Source: a virus
Lineage: Duplodnaviria; Caudoviricetes
Virus record (IMG/VR): IMGVR_UViG_3300020045_006334
Location: 1 to 41,117 of that record
DNA: 41,117 bases
Strand: one strand, 5' to 3'
This document shows, piece after piece, positions 26,365 to 35,497 of the stretch. The notes below the pieces were generated by a model that worked only from the letters and a program-made list of their open reading frames with translations, was not told where the DNA came from and made no database searches. Positions within the stretch are counted from its first letter, which is position 1. Every line of letters starts with the position of its first letter. The translations under genes and the position numbers were made by a program.

Positions 26365-26871
26365 ATGGCAACAATAAGCTCAACTTTTTATAGAGATGCA
26401 AATAGAGTTCCGATTTGGACTGATGGAATTATTACCAAAAAATCAGTAACTTTTGCTGGTGCTACGACCGATGCTTGGGGTAATGACGGTGGAGCTTTAG
26501 ACGGAGGAGTATTATTTACCGTTACAGGATTAATTAAATGTAAACTGATAGCTGTTTGTACTACTGACTGTACTGGAGCTGGATCAACTGATGAAGTGGG
26601 AATTACGGGTGCAACTGCCATATTCATGCCAATAACGACAATGACGGCTCTTGATACAGGTGAAATTTGGTTAAACAATGCAACCCCTGCTACTTACTAC
26701 ATTTCAGGAGAACAACAAGCTGCTGCTGATAACTTACCTGAATATGTTTTAAATGGGAATGATATTATTATGACTACAAAGACAGCAAATACCGAGGCTG
26801 GTGTCGTTGATTTCTATCTTATTTGGACTCCTTTGAGTGCTGATGCATCAGTTGAGGCTTCTGCCTCCTAG
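26365..26871 (+). CDS. putative virion structural protein (beta-rich)
   Basis: Thr/Gly/Ala-rich; structural context. Confidence 0.6.
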   Translation: MATISSTFYRDANRVPIWTDGIITKKSVTFAGATTDAWGNDGGALDGGVLFTVTGLIKCKLIAVCTTDCTGAGSTDEVGITGATAIFMPITTMTALDTGEIWLNNATPATYYISGEQQAAADNLPEYVLNGNDIIMTTKTANTEAGVVDFYLIWTPLSADASVEASAS

Positions 26872-26905
26872 AAGCCGTTTTAGGGGTATTGTAGTATAAT
26901 AAGAT

Positions 26906-27175
26906 ATGGTCGATATTAAATATATTAAGCGAGACGAAACCCCAAAATCCCTTTTTAATCCCCTTTCTGATACTTTTGTTACTAAACTTCGTGGTGATGA
27001 TAATATAGAGGTTGAATATTCTCTACCAGGGATGGAAATATCAACTTTTCCCGCATATTTAGCTGAAAGAATTAAGGTTGATCTAATGACAGCTATTTGT
27101 AATCAACGCAATTCAGGTTTTATGACCGAAGATGAGAAAAATAAATTAATTGCCGAAGTTGAAGTTAAGATATGA
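26906..27175 (+). CDS. hypothetical protein
   Basis: ORF track; TATAAT 5 nt upstream. Confidence 0.6.
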   Translation: MVDIKYIKRDETPKSLFNPLSDTFVTKLRGDDNIEVEYSLPGMEISTFPAYLAERIKVDLMTAICNQRNSGFMTEDEKNKLIAEVEVKI

Positions 27176-27675
27176 ATACGCTTAGTGAAAGGCTTGAAGG
27201 TTTTGTAAGAGAAATTGAGGCTTTAATCGATAAAACAGATGAATTAAAGAAAGAAGAACAGCGTTTAATTGATTTTGATTTTAAATTAAGAGAAAGAGAA
27301 AAGAAATTAATATCAATGTTAGAAGATATTAACAAAAAAAAGCTAGATGTTGACCAACAAAAGGCTTATGTAGATAAAATTAACGAACAATTTACCAAAA
27401 AAGAAGAAAATATAACAAAATTAAATGATGATTTGAAAATTAGAGAGACTAAATGTTTTGAAAAAGAAAAAGAGGTTACAGATAGGGAAAATAAACTCGA
27501 TGAACGGATTAAAAACATGGTGAATTTAGAACAAAAAGAAATTGAGTTAAAAAAGCGAGAAGCAATGATCGAAAAAGAGATTGAAATAGACCGTCAACGC
27601 AAGGAAATACTTTCAAACAAAGAAAAACAATTGATAGATAAAGAGACCAGACTAAGAAGGTTGAGTGGGGATTAG
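27172..27675 (+). CDS. coiled-coil protein
   Basis: E/K-rich heptads. Confidence 0.7.
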   Translation: MNTLSERLEGFVREIEALIDKTDELKKEEQRLIDFDFKLREREKKLISMLEDINKKKLDVDQQKAYVDKINEQFTKKEENITKLNDDLKIRETKCFEKEKEVTDRENKLDERIKNMVNLEQKEIELKKREAMIEKEIEIDRQRKEILSNKEKQLIDKETRLRRLSGD

Positions 27676-27690
27676 TGGTAAAATAGGATA

Positions 27691-27990
27691 ATGGATATTG
27701 CCAAAAGAGATGAGAATAGAGTAACTTCACTTCTGGGTGTAGATCATGTTTCTTACACCGTACCCACGACAGTTGGTGTTAATAGTAATACTCATGCAGT
27801 TTTAGTAGAGGGTCAAGAAGTAGTACCAACCGACTCATCATTAAATAATCCATCTGCTGTTTTAGGCTATGATGCTCAAGGTAATCTTGAAACAATTACT
27901 CAAACTATTGGTGTTGATCAGTATAGAAAAACTTTAATTTATGATGGTACAGGAAATTTAACTGATATATCAAAATGGATCAAACTATGA
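27691..27990 (+). CDS. putative virion protein
   Basis: RDENRV N-terminal motif; YD-like C-terminus; TGgTAAAAT 6 nt upstream. Confidence 0.6.
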   Translation: MDIAKRDENRVTSLLGVDHVSYTVPTTVGVNSNTHAVLVEGQEVVPTDSSLNNPSAVLGYDAQGNLETITQTIGVDQYRKTLIYDGTGNLTDISKWIKL

Positions 27991-28160
27991 TAGAACACGA
28001 ACCACAAATTAAAGAGGATACGATTAAGGTAATGCCTGACAAAGAAACCCTTGAGGCTTTTATGGAGGGTATGCACGGTGATGTTAAAGTTGTCTTTAAT
28101 TCAAAAACAGGTGAGTTTGAATGGTTAATTCCTAGAGATTATGTAAAGCCATTGGAATAA
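27975..28160 (+). CDS. hypothetical protein
   Basis: ORF track; true start may be the ATG at 27987. Confidence 0.5.
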   Translation: MDQTMIEHEPQIKEDTIKVMPDKETLEAFMEGMHGDVKVVFNSKTGEFEWLIPRDYVKPLE

Positions 28161-28161
28161 T

Positions 28162-29661
28162 ATGGCAACCTATACCATCCAACCAGACGAAACAGCAGGT
28201 AAAGACTGTATGCTTTCCCAGATAAATGGGACAAGCAATTACGGAGATACAGATTATTGGCAGATAGGTTTTAGACCTGCGAATAGTGATGTTTACAGAA
28301 CGCTAATACAATTTGCATTAAGCACCTATGCTGGATACACATTAACATCAGCCACACTATCTCTGTATAGGGCTGGTGTCAATGAAGGTGGAGGTGCTGA
28401 CCAAACATTTGAGGTTCACCGTGTAACCGAAGATTGGACAGAATCAACTGTAACTTATAACACCCAACCAGCATTTAGTGGAACAGTTAGCGCTTCACTA
28501 GCAGTTACGTCAAACGATGCTAAGTGGCACGATTACGATGTAACAACATTGGTTCAAAGTTGGTTAAGTGGAACAAATACCAATTATGGTATGGTTCTAA
28601 AATCTAGTGATGAGTCGACGGGTAGTTCCAATTATGGATGGATGTCTCACTATTCAGGAGATACATCTTTAAGACCAAAACTTGTTCTTGTTGTATCACA
28701 ATCACCTTCCAATAGTCCCTCGGTATCACCCAGTCTATCACCATCATCTTCTATTTCACCTTCTTTAAGTCCATCAAGTTCAAAGAGTCCGAGTAATAGT
28801 CCAAGTCTGTCTCCTTCATCGAGTCGTTCTCCCTCAAACAGTCCTAGTAATTCACCTTCGAGATCTCCATCATCCTCTATTAGTCCTTCTAACTCTCCTT
28901 CCAACTCTCCGAGTATAAGTCCAAGTTCCTCCATATCTCCTAGTATTTCTCCATCAGTTAGCCCTTCAATATCACCATCAATTTCTCCAAGTTTAAGTCC
29001 ATCTTCTTCGGTTAGTCCATCACTTTCTCCTTCTTCGAGCATTTCCCCCAGTATCTCTCCTAGTGTCAGCCCATCTGTTTCTCCTTCAAGTTCTATCAGC
29101 CCCTCTGAGAGTCCTTCTGTTTCACCCAGTGTTTCCCCTTCAAGCTCCGTTAGTCCTTCCATCTCACCCTCACTTTCACCATCTTCTAGTAATTCTTCAT
29201 CTATAAGTCCCTCGGTCTCCCCGAGTATTAGTCCTTCAACTTCCGTCAGTCCTTCTCAATCTCCATCTAATAGTCCGTCACTGTCTCCGAGTACCTCAGT
29301 AAGCCCATCTATTTCTCCATCAGAAAGTCCATCACTATCTCCATCAGCTTCTCAGTCTCCAAGTCTATCACCAAGCTCTTCTATCTCCCCTAGTCTTTCT
29401 CCTAGTAGTTCAGCTTCACCATCACTTAGTCCTTCTTCTTCCGCATCACCTTCGTTAAGTCCTAGTAGCAGTGTCAGTCCCTCATTGTCTCCAAGTGCTT
29501 CTATTAGTCCCTCGAGTTCACAATCACCATCTATATCACCGTCTAGTTCTATATCACCATCATTATCTCCTTCCGCTTCGGTATCACCATCAGCACCACC
29601 AATAATAGCTGATGTTTCTTATATAATAGACTTAGGAGGAGGAATTGGTTATTTAATTTAA
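28162..29661 (+). CDS. DNRLRE/CBM96-like domain plus ~300-aa Ser-Pro repeat protein
   Basis: RTLIQF...SATLSLY...WTESTVTYNTQP...DVTTLVQSW...NYGMVL...RPKLVL, then (SPSx)n. Confidence 0.8.
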   Translation: MATYTIQPDETAGKDCMLSQINGTSNYGDTDYWQIGFRPANSDVYRTLIQFALSTYAGYTLTSATLSLYRAGVNEGGGADQTFEVHRVTEDWTESTVTYNTQPAFSGTVSASLAVTSNDAKWHDYDVTTLVQSWLSGTNTNYGMVLKSSDESTGSSNYGWMSHYSGDTSLRPKLVLVVSQSPSNSPSVSPSLSPSSSISPSLSPSSSKSPSNSPSLSPSSSRSPSNSPSNSPSRSPSSSISPSNSPSNSPSISPSSSISPSISPSVSPSISPSISPSLSPSSSVSPSLSPSSSISPSISPSVSPSVSPSSSISPSESPSVSPSVSPSSSVSPSISPSLSPSSSNSSSISPSVSPSISPSTSVSPSQSPSNSPSLSPSTSVSPSISPSESPSLSPSASQSPSLSPSSSISPSLSPSSSASPSLSPSSSASPSLSPSSSVSPSLSPSASISPSSSQSPSISPSSSISPSLSPSASVSPSAPPIIADVSYIIDLGGGIGYLI

Positions 29662-29664
29662 AAT

Positions 29665-30012
29665 ATGGATTTAATCATTGTTAACGGAAGAATAGCCAGG
29701 ACTCACAGAGATAATGTTTTTACTGGAGTAAATACTTTTGCGGGTTTAAAATACGCAGTCGTTGTAAAAAATACAAATTATACCTTGACTGATTTAGATT
29801 GTGTTGTCGTGTTTACAGCTACAGCATCAGCCACACTTCCTCTAGCTACTGGTAGTGGACAAATTTACTACATTAAAAATGTAGGCACTGGAACAGTAAC
29901 AATTACTCGAAGTGGAAGTAATACGATTGATAACGAAACCACTCAACCAATTAGTCAGTGGGAGTCTGTTACTCTGGTTGATTATTTATCTGGAAAGTGG
30001 ATTATTATTTAA
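29665..30012 (+). CDS. small tail-fibre/decoration-like protein
   Basis: YTLT..D...TLPLATG.GQIYYIKNVGTGTVTI...TID motif. Confidence 0.65.
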   Translation: MDLIIVNGRIARTHRDNVFTGVNTFAGLKYAVVVKNTNYTLTDLDCVVVFTATASATLPLATGSGQIYYIKNVGTGTVTITRSGSNTIDNETTQPISQWESVTLVDYLSGKWIII

Positions 30013-30020
30013 TTTTTTAA

Positions 30021-31388
30021 ATGTCATATTTCAAACACATACAACAAGATGTTCAAGCAAGTAGTGGTAATTCATCTACAACCAATCTATCGGTTAGCAA
30101 TACCTATACCTTTACTGGGACTTCCACCTCGACTTTAGGGGTAGCTGGTATTCAAGTATCACTATTTGCCGATAAAAACTGTCAAGTAAATGTCCAACAA
30201 TCACCCGATGGAACGAATTGGGACATTGATGACAACTACCATTACAAAGCCAATGAAGATTTTGGTATTACAGTACAAGCTGTTTCTAGTTATGTTAGGG
30301 TTCATGTCTTTACCAATAACGAGACTACAACGGTATTCAGACTCCAAACTGCCCTATGTCCGATTGTAGAAGCCGTCCCTCGTTCATTAGATCCTAATGG
30401 AAACTTTAAGGTAGCGATGGGAACCGATAACTATGGATTTGGTGCTGAAAATACCCCAATGGGCGAGCAACGAATGGTAGAACCAACCAGATTAATAGGG
30501 GCTTCGTTTGAAGGAACAACTATTGATGCAAATAACTGGACTACTACGGCTTCAGGAACTGCAGCTGCCATCGCTCAAGCCAACGCACAATTACTTTTGA
30601 CATCGGGAACAGCTAATGCCGCTACTGTAACAGCTTTTACAGTACGTAGGGCAAGGTATGTTGGGGGTAGTGGAATGAGATACAGAGCCGTAGTGCAAGT
30701 AAGTGCTGGACTTGCGAATAATAAGCGAAGATGGGGAATTGGATATGGAGCTTCTATGCCAACAGTAACAGACGGAGCGTGGTTTCAGTTTGATGGAACT
30801 GAATTTGCTGTCGTTACTTGTAAAGGAACATCAGAAACAAAAGTTGCTTCGTTCAATGGAAACCTGGGTGCAACCTATGACCCAGGAACTGGAGTAAAAA
30901 CCTATGAGATTTACTGGACTAACTCTAAGGTATACTTTGTAATCGGGGATGAGATTTTACACACTGTAAGTGCTTCAAGTGCAACATGGTCGGCTACGAT
31001 GTCATTTCATGCGTTTATGGACTCATTAAACGCAGATGTTATTGCTGAAAGCACAACCCTTGCTGTACGCACAGCCACGATTTATAGACTAGGAAAATTA
31101 CAAACCCAACCAATGAGTTATTACCACGCATCAGGAACTACTACTGGAGTAAATCTAAAAATAGGTGTTGGTAACTTACACAGTATTATTTTTGGAAGTG
31201 CAGCAAACAACGCAGTCATTACTCTGATTGATAACACAACAGGAAGTACGCCTGTCTTGTGGGTGTATACCGCTACAGGAGCTTTAGCTGCCCCAGTATC
31301 TATTGATTTCAAGGGTATGCCTTTCTTTACAGGATTACGCTTTGTAGTAGCAACTGGAAACGCATCATTTACGATAGTTTATGAATAA
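30021..31388 (+). CDS. putative virion protein with a lectin-like beta-sandwich
   Basis: RRWGI, DGAWFQ and YEIYW...VYFVIGD segments; Thr-rich. Confidence 0.6.
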   Translation: MSYFKHIQQDVQASSGNSSTTNLSVSNTYTFTGTSTSTLGVAGIQVSLFADKNCQVNVQQSPDGTNWDIDDNYHYKANEDFGITVQAVSSYVRVHVFTNNETTTVFRLQTALCPIVEAVPRSLDPNGNFKVAMGTDNYGFGAENTPMGEQRMVEPTRLIGASFEGTTIDANNWTTTASGTAAAIAQANAQLLLTSGTANAATVTAFTVRRARYVGGSGMRYRAVVQVSAGLANNKRRWGIGYGASMPTVTDGAWFQFDGTEFAVVTCKGTSETKVASFNGNLGATYDPGTGVKTYEIYWTNSKVYFVIGDEILHTVSASSATWSATMSFHAFMDSLNADVIAESTTLAVRTATIYRLGKLQTQPMSYYHASGTTTGVNLKIGVGNLHSIIFGSAANNAVITLIDNTTGSTPVLWVYTATGALAAPVSIDFKGMPFFTGLRFVVATGNASFTIVYE

Positions 31389-31438
31389 AGGTTAAGAGGT
31401 ATAATTGAGGTATTAAGTAAATTGAATTTTATATATAA

Positions 31439-33130
31439 ATGTCTAATCGATTTTGGGTTGGAGGTTCAGGAAACTGGTCAGATGATACAAACCATTGGGC
31501 TACTTCCAGTGGTGGTTCTCCTGGTGCTGGCAATCTTCCTACATCCTCAGATGATGTCTCTATAGACCCTAATTCAGGGTTTGGGAGTGGGGGAACAATA
31601 AGTATGGATGTAGATGGAGAATGTCTTAATTTTAATTCAACTACGGGACATACTTATAGTTTTGACAACGCCGAAGACATGGACCTAAATATTTACGGTT
31701 CAGCCTTATTTGAGGCAGGATTAACCTTTGAACTATCAACATCTTTTTTAATAAGGTGGAGTTCTAATAGTAGTGAAACAATAACAGTAAATGGGGCATC
31801 TCTTTGTGGTAATTATTTTCAAGGGGGTGGAACTTGGACAATACAAGATAACATAATTACCACAGGTTGGTTTTCACTAATAAATGGTACTTTCGATGCC
31901 AACGACCACAACGTAACCGCTAATAATTTCTACTTCTACGCTGACACTGGATACACACCTACAGTTATTATGGGAAGTGGAACGTGGGAAGTAACTACAG
32001 GAGCTAGTAATGCTTGGGTATTAGAAGAAAATAATTTGGAAGTTGTTACCGTAACTCCAGAAACTTCAACAATAAAAATATCTGACGGTGGAGGTTTTAC
32101 TGGTGGAAACAAAACATATAACAATCTTTGGTTACAACCTAATGCAGAGGGTGCAACTATTGTTTATGGTTCAAATACTTTTAATGATTTAAAAATTGAT
32201 GCTGCTCAGTCTGTATTTTTTTCTGGTGGCACTACTCAAACTGTTTCAACTTTTACAGCATTAGGAACTTCTGGAAATGAAATTTATCTATCTTGGATCC
32301 CAGATGATGTAGCACAATTTAACCTCTCTAAATCTTCAGGAATAGTAAGTTCTGATTACCTTGATATAAGCAATTCTAATGCTACAGGGGGAGCAACTTG
32401 GTATGCAGGAAGCCACTCCGTAGATACGACTAACAATGATGGGTGGTTGTTTGAGGACGCACCTAATTCGCCCAGTTTAAGCCCTTCGGCTTCATTTTCA
32501 CCTTCAAGTTCTGTTAGTCCATCAAACAGTCCTTCCTTATCCCCAAGCACCTCAGTAAGCCCCAGTGTCAGCCCTAGCAACTCTCCTAGTTTGTCGCCTA
32601 GTAGTTCTGTATCTCCATCAGAGTCACCCAGCCTTAGTCCAAGTAGTAGTCAGAGTCCCTCCAATTCCCCAAGCTATTCTCCCTCTGCTAGCGAGTCTCC
32701 TTCTAACAGTCCTAGTCTTTCACCTAGTAGCAGTGTCAGTCCTAGTAACTCTCCATCACTCTCTCCATCTAGTTCCCAATCACCAAGTGTTTCACCATCA
32801 GAGTCCCCTAGTTTAAGTCCTTCTAGTTCCGTCAGTCCGTCTTTAAGTCCCTCATCCTCTCAATCTCCATCTCAAAGTCCATCTAACTCCCCAAGTTATT
32901 CACCTTCTTCATCTATTAGTCCTTCTGTTAGTCCATCATTATCCCCTAGTTCGAGTGTTTCTCCCTCTGCCAGTGAGTCACCTTCAACCTCACCTTCACC
33001 AAGTCCCATGCGAACTTACTACACTAAAGAAGGACACTTCATAACAGGTTACGATAAAGAGACATATAACGCTACTCAATATTCTAAAGATACTAAAAAT
33101 AAAACGGTATATAAAAAAACATTTACTTAG
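31439..33130 (+). CDS. adhesin-like beta-solenoid plus ~180-aa Ser-Pro repeat protein
   Basis: RFWVGGSGNWSD..HWA.SSGG.PG...PT..DDV, then (SPSx)n. Confidence 0.75.
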   Translation: MSNRFWVGGSGNWSDDTNHWATSSGGSPGAGNLPTSSDDVSIDPNSGFGSGGTISMDVDGECLNFNSTTGHTYSFDNAEDMDLNIYGSALFEAGLTFELSTSFLIRWSSNSSETITVNGASLCGNYFQGGGTWTIQDNIITTGWFSLINGTFDANDHNVTANNFYFYADTGYTPTVIMGSGTWEVTTGASNAWVLEENNLEVVTVTPETSTIKISDGGGFTGGNKTYNNLWLQPNAEGATIVYGSNTFNDLKIDAAQSVFFSGGTTQTVSTFTALGTSGNEIYLSWIPDDVAQFNLSKSSGIVSSDYLDISNSNATGGATWYAGSHSVDTTNNDGWLFEDAPNSPSLSPSASFSPSSSVSPSNSPSLSPSTSVSPSVSPSNSPSLSPSSSVSPSESPSLSPSSSQSPSNSPSYSPSASESPSNSPSLSPSSSVSPSNSPSLSPSSSQSPSVSPSESPSLSPSSSVSPSLSPSSSQSPSQSPSNSPSYSPSSSISPSVSPSLSPSSSVSPSASESPSTSPSPSPMRTYYTKEGHFITGYDKETYNATQYSKDTKNKTVYKKTFT

Positions 33131-33149
33131 TGATATAATTGTCGTTAAT

Positions 33150-33539
33150 ATGATGCATATAGCACTACCTCAAAAAGAATTAAGACTCTTAGGTTTTCAA
33201 ATACAGAAGTTTGAACAAGGATACACAGTCGAACAGATTAGGATTTTAGACAAGATAGTTTCCAATATAAATAAGGCCTTAGAAGATTTTAGTGTAAAGA
33301 TTAAAGATATTAAAGAAAATAAAGAGATTACTGACGAAGAAGTAACTAAATTTTTTGAAGAAGAAGGTAGTAAAATGGCTGATTTAGCCTTAGAAGATGA
33401 TGAATTTCAATTTGTTATGTTGATTTGGTCAAGAATGAATACTCTTAGTGGTGATGAGTTGGTAAGGAAGTCAATCATCATTATTGACGATGCCTTAAAA
33501 TCTGCTACCCAACCAGTATTTAATAAAATAATAAACTAA
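33150..33539 (+). CDS. hypothetical protein
   Basis: ORF track; TGaTATAAT 10 nt upstream. Confidence 0.6.
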   Translation: MMHIALPQKELRLLGFQIQKFEQGYTVEQIRILDKIVSNINKALEDFSVKIKDIKENKEITDEEVTKFFEEEGSKMADLALEDDEFQFVMLIWSRMNTLSGDELVRKSIIIIDDALKSATQPVFNKIIN

Positions 33540-33540
33540 T

Positions 33541-34182
33541 ATGGAAAATGATGTAGATGCAGTAAATGTTTTTGGAGTACCGAAACCAAGAACTCCCCAG
33601 CAGGAAGTGTGGCATAGAGAGATGGCTAGACGTTCACTAGATATCATTCGTGTTAAAAACCCAGATAAAGAGGACTTTTTTGTTGAATGGGACCATAGAT
33701 TTCATAGAGTTCCTGGTAATGCTACAGCCGATCTTCCTCGATATATCGCTACTACCTACTGTAGAGACAAGGCCACTGACATCATTAATAAGATGAACCA
33801 GAAACTACACGATGAGTTCATTGAAGCCAGACGTAAAAAAGGACTCCCAGAGTATACTGACAAAAATGTCGAGAATAACGAGACTTACATGACTCAAACT
33901 TTTCCCAAAGGAAATGATAGGGTCTTACTTACTAAGATTTATGGTCAGCTATGGGTAGGATTGGTAACTGAGTTTGGTAAAGACGAACCGACTATGAATA
34001 ATAACGCTAGACAAGGAGAGGTAGATTTAACCCCTCTTGAACAAAAGATTTTAATGGATTTGGAAAACCGTAAGGTAGATTTAGCAGACGACCCTCAAAA
34101 GGAAGTTAAAGAAGAACCAGTATTCGGAACATTTGATAAGGAAGAAGTATTAGAAGAAACTAAGAAAAATGATAAGAAATAA
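33541..34182 (+). CDS. hypothetical protein
   Basis: ORF track. Confidence 0.65.
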   Translation: MENDVDAVNVFGVPKPRTPQQEVWHREMARRSLDIIRVKNPDKEDFFVEWDHRFHRVPGNATADLPRYIATTYCRDKATDIINKMNQKLHDEFIEARRKKGLPEYTDKNVENNETYMTQTFPKGNDRVLLTKIYGQLWVGLVTEFGKDEPTMNNNARQGEVDLTPLEQKILMDLENRKVDLADDPQKEVKEEPVFGTFDKEEVLEETKKNDKK

Positions 34183-34471
34183 AGTTGGAGAATATTTTGG
34201 TGTCCCAATGGGAGAGGTAAAAACTCCTATTTATATGGCTAATATGAACGAAGCGGGTAAAATTACCGCCAGATCACTATTAGATTTAATGACCATTATT
34301 ATTGAAGATATTGACGAATTGCAAAATAAAGAAGAAACAGTAAGTATTCTTGATTGGAAGAATGATAAAAACAGTAAAGAACTGGTTGATCCGATGTTAA
34401 CAAGTATTCAAAAAGAAGTAAGTGAGACAATTGGTAGTTCTTTAGATAAACCAGAAAAACCCAAAAAGTGA
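34169..34471 (+). CDS. hypothetical protein
   Basis: ORF track. Confidence 0.55.
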   Translation: MIRNKVGEYFGVPMGEVKTPIYMANMNEAGKITARSLLDLMTIIIEDIDELQNKEETVSILDWKNDKNSKELVDPMLTSIQKEVSETIGSSLDKPEKPKK

Positions 34472-34522
34472 TAAAATATATCCATACTGGCATATAGCCT
34501 CACACTAGTGGGGCTTTTTGTT
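34469..34522 (+). promoter_or_regulatory. extended -10 promoter plus leader terminator-like hairpin (cassette 3)
   Basis: TGaTAAAAT, 15 nt, TATA, gcctcac-acta-gtggggc, tttttgtt. Confidence 0.65.
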
Positions 34523-34575
34523 ATCAATCTATAAAGCATATTCGACTAACTTACCAAGACATCAAACAAGCACAT

Positions 34576-35496
34576 TTGAGAAATATCGGGAAAAGCGGTA
34601 GTACGGATACCGATATTCTTAACGATTTTAAGTATAACTTAGGTCAGAGATACCAACTTATTCTCTCTCGTCTTTCTTCATATATTAACCAAGAGAAACA
34701 AACAGCCACGACAGTAGCTTCACAACAATATTATGGTTATCCAGTTGGTGTTGTTAGCCTTGATAATGTTTCGATTACTATTGGATCAATGACTTATACT
34801 CTCTCACCTATTTATGATCAAATTACCTGGAACCAGTTTAATGCCCTTACCTTTCAGCCTTCTGCCATTCCTCACTTCTACTTTCCTCGCAAAGACGATT
34901 TTGGGATTTGGCCTATCCCTCAAGCTGCATATACAATCAACTTTTATGCCTTCCAAAGAGATAGAAATTTATTAGTTGATGATTACACTACAGGAACAGC
35001 TACTTTAACAGCAGGTTCAGCGGTATTAACAGGCAATTCCACCACCTTTACTCCAGCAATGGTAGGTAGATGGTTTACAGTAACGGACACAGCTACTCCA
35101 GGGCAAGGATATTGGTATAGAGTGTCTTCTTATACTTCGGCTACTGAATTATCCCTAAATATGCCTTGGGCGGGTTCTAACGCCACTACAGTGGCTTACA
35201 GAATAGGAGAAAGTCCAGAGATACCCGAAGAAGCACACATTTTATTACCTGATGGTACAGCTGCCGATTTCTATTCAGGAATGAGAAATGATGTTACTAA
35301 AGCTACTTGGTGGAACAATAAATTCTTTACTGGAGATGGAAATAATAGTAATCGTAAAATAGGTGACAATACTATCATGGGAGGATTAATTGGTCTTGTA
35401 AATAAATACGAAGCGAGAGATGATAGAAGATTAATCCTTAAAAACAACAGGCCATTAAGTCCGTATTTTAAAGTATGGGCAACTACTTTAAGTTAA
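34576..35496 (+). CDS. putative head-tail adaptor / tail tubular protein A-like (start uncertain, possibly 34540)
   Basis: TTVASQQYYGYP, GIWPIP and PEIPEEAHILL segments; lies before the large tail protein. Confidence 0.65.
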   Translation: MRNIGKSGSTDTDILNDFKYNLGQRYQLILSRLSSYINQEKQTATTVASQQYYGYPVGVVSLDNVSITIGSMTYTLSPIYDQITWNQFNALTFQPSAIPHFYFPRKDDFGIWPIPQAAYTINFYAFQRDRNLLVDDYTTGTATLTAGSAVLTGNSTTFTPAMVGRWFTVTDTATPGQGYWYRVSSYTSATELSLNMPWAGSNATTVAYRIGESPEIPEEAHILLPDGTAADFYSGMRNDVTKATWWNNKFFTGDGNNSNRKIGDNTIMGGLIGLVNKYEARDDRRLILKNNRPLSPYFKVWATTLS

Positions 35497-35497
35497 A

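Noticed and set aside
28650-29162. Gly/Glu/Leu-repeat minus-strand ORF (also 32356-32580)
   Set aside because: Antisense shadow of the Ser-Pro repeats.
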